Positions 62,400 to 64,000 of a DNA stretch of 64,000 bases are shown in pieces. The notes beneath the pieces are model-generated. The model saw only the letters and a list, made by a program, of their open reading frames with translations, made no database searches and was not told the DNA's origin. Each line of letters opens with the position of its first letter. Within the stretch, counting starts at the first letter, position 1. Source of the DNA: Chthoniobacterales bacterium (GTDB taxonomy: Bacteria; Verrucomicrobiota; Verrucomicrobiia; Chthoniobacterales; Chthoniobacteraceae); contig JBBQZX010000001.1 of NCBI GenBank assembly GCA_038207335.1, positions 160,001 through 224,000 of the forward strand, written 5' to 3'. The position numbers and the translations under genes were made by a program.

Positions 62400-64000
62400 C
62401 TATTTAATGAGCTGTTCGAGCGCGCTATCGGGCTCCGCGCCGAGTTCGATGGCGCGCTTGTAGTGCTTGCGCGCGAGCTCCTTGTTCGGCGGCTGTTGCG
62501 TGGCGTAAACGACTGCGAGATTGAAGAATGCGTCGGCGTAATTCGGGTCGAGTGCGCTCGCTGTTTCGAGCTCTTTTTGCGCGGCTTCCTGCCAGCCTTT
62601 TTGGCTCGCCGTGATGCCGAGATAATTGTGCGCCGTCGCATTTTTTGGCTGAATGGCGAGCGCCTTTGTGAGCTCGTTCACCGCCTCGTCGTATTTGCCT
62701 TCGCTGTAGTAAACGATGCCGAGAGTGCAGTGGCTGAACGCATCTTCGGGCGCGACGGCGATCGCTTTTTTGAATGACTCCTCGGCGAGTTTCAGTTTGC
62801 CAGAGCGAAAACGGACGACTCCGAGATTGCTGAGCGCGTACAGATTGTTCGGCGCTTTGATCAGGATCTTGTCGTAGATTTTTTCCGCCTCGCGGTAGTT
62901 GCCGCGCTCGAACTGATCCTTGCCCTCGCGTGCGAGCGTGAGGAGTTCCGGCGGAACATTTGGCGAGCCCGCGGCGTCTCCCGCGGATGGTTTGCCCGGT
63001 GCGGTTTCATCCGGGGCTTTCGTAGGCAGGTCACCCTCTGGCGCGGGCTTGCCGGGATTCGTGATCGAGGGATTCGGAACATCGGCCTTCGCGACTTCCA
63101 TCGCTGGTTTGTCCGGCGCGGGTGTCGTCGATTCGACGACCGGCGGCTTGTCCTCCGGCGCTGGCTTCGAGTCCGCGCTTGCGACCGGCTTCTGTTCTGG
63201 CGCGGGCTTCGCTTCAGGCGCTTGTGCCTCGGGCATCGGCGCGGCTTTGGCTTCGGGCGCAGGTGGGGGATTCTGTGCGGTCGGGGGAGTTCCTTCGGCT
63301 GTGGGAAGCGGCTCGACTGGCGGCGCGGCATCGGGAGCCGGTCCACCTTCTTTCGGCGCGGATATGGAGACTTCGGCGTCGCTGATTTCGATGAGCGGTT
63401 GCTTGAATAGTTTGCGCTCTTTTTCAGTTAACTTCACGACTGGCTGGCCGAGGTAATCGATCTGCTTCAGCAGCGATTTGGATTGCAGCTCGAGCTTCGA
63501 AAGTTCGCCGAGCACGAGCTTTTTCGTCTGGTCGCGGCGCGCCTGCTCTTTCATCTGGCGCACGACGATCCCGCGAAGGAGTTCGTTTTCCGCCGACAGT
63601 TTTTTGCGGTCCTCCGAGTTCGCCGTGGCGTCGGTTTTCATCTGCCCGAGTTCCTTTGCCTGCGCCTGCAGCTTGCCCTGCAAATCCGCCATCTGCTGCT
63701 GATACACGGCGCTCTGTTTTTGCGTGTCGGCCAGCTGCACCTTTACGTTCGCGACCTCTTTTTTCAGGCTGGCGATTTGCTCGTCTTTCTGCGTCCCGTC
63801 GGCCTTGAACTGCGCGATCGTTTTCTGCGCGTCGCCGAGCTTTGCCATCAGCATAGTGTTGTCAGCTAGGAGCTTGTCCACCTGCTTCTGCGCGTCCTTC
63901 ATCCGCTCGACTTGGCCGAGTGCATCGTCGCGCTCCCTGGTCACTTTTTTCACGATCTCCTCGGTCTTCGCGAGCTTTGTGGAGAGGTCGCTTTTTTCTT
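62400..64000 (-). CDS. Coiled-coil + Pro/Ala-rich linker + C-terminal TPR protein, 5'-truncated
   Basis: Frame open to the window end; heptad-rich region, PAPE-rich linker, TPRs (ALSNLGVV, AHNYLGI, AFFNLAV). Confidence 0.85.
   Translation of the reverse strand, partial: EKSDLSTKLAKTEEIVKKVTRERDDALGQVERMKDAQKQVDKLLADNTMLMAKLGDAQKTIAQFKADGTQKDEQIASLKKEVANVKVQLADTQKQSAVYQQQMADLQGKLQAQAKELGQMKTDATANSEDRKKLSAENELLRGIVVRQMKEQARRDQTKKLVLGELSKLELQSKSLLKQIDYLGQPVVKLTEKERKLFKQPLIEISDAEVSISAPKEGGPAPDAAPPVEPLPTAEGTPPTAQNPPPAPEAKAAPMPEAQAPEAKPAPEQKPVASADSKPAPEDKPPVVESTTPAPDKPAMEVAKADVPNPSITNPGKPAPEGDLPTKAPDETAPGKPSAGDAAGSPNVPPELLTLAREGKDQFERGNYREAEKIYDKILIKAPNNLYALSNLGVVRFRSGKLKLAEESFKKAIAVAPEDAFSHCTLGIVYYSEGKYDEAVNELTKALAIQPKNATAHNYLGITASQKGWQEAAQKELETASALDPNYADAFFNLAVVYATQQPPNKELARKHYKRAIELGAEPDSALEQLIK

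Overview
GC-rich bacterial DNA. The gene families point to a Verrucomicrobia/PVC genome (inference): a CotH/LTD/PA14 surface protein, an 'IEPLESRIAPA' N-terminus, a double-length UvrA and a pilMNO-like cluster. About 45 CDS are supported. I recognise no rRNA, tRNA, CRISPR array, transposase or integrase. Housekeeping genes are fabF, hppA, a GlgM/GlgA-type glucosyltransferase, ilvE, mcsA, uvrA, rsmB, ugd, nadE, adk, fmt, rsfS and nadD. The most unusual part is a co-oriented accessory block at 15.4-30.1 kb with four genes: (i) a 1399-aa LEPR-XLL-type surface protein with 123-bp tandem repeats; (ii) a ~2020-aa membrane Ser/Thr kinase plus pseudokinase carrying 14 copies of an unrecognised ~53-aa 'SP[YF]..W.PG..I.C..TG..F.LP..LP' repeat; (iii) an apparent fusion of two outer-membrane beta-barrels; (iv) a membrane-anchored TPR protein. 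Other points: a probable ATT start for rsfS behind an AGGAG Shine-Dalgarno, 7-bp repeats both in intergenic DNA and inside the UvrA linker, mcsA without an adjacent mcsB, and a nucleotidyltransferase/small-protein pair. All calls come from motif recognition by eye; no database searches were run.
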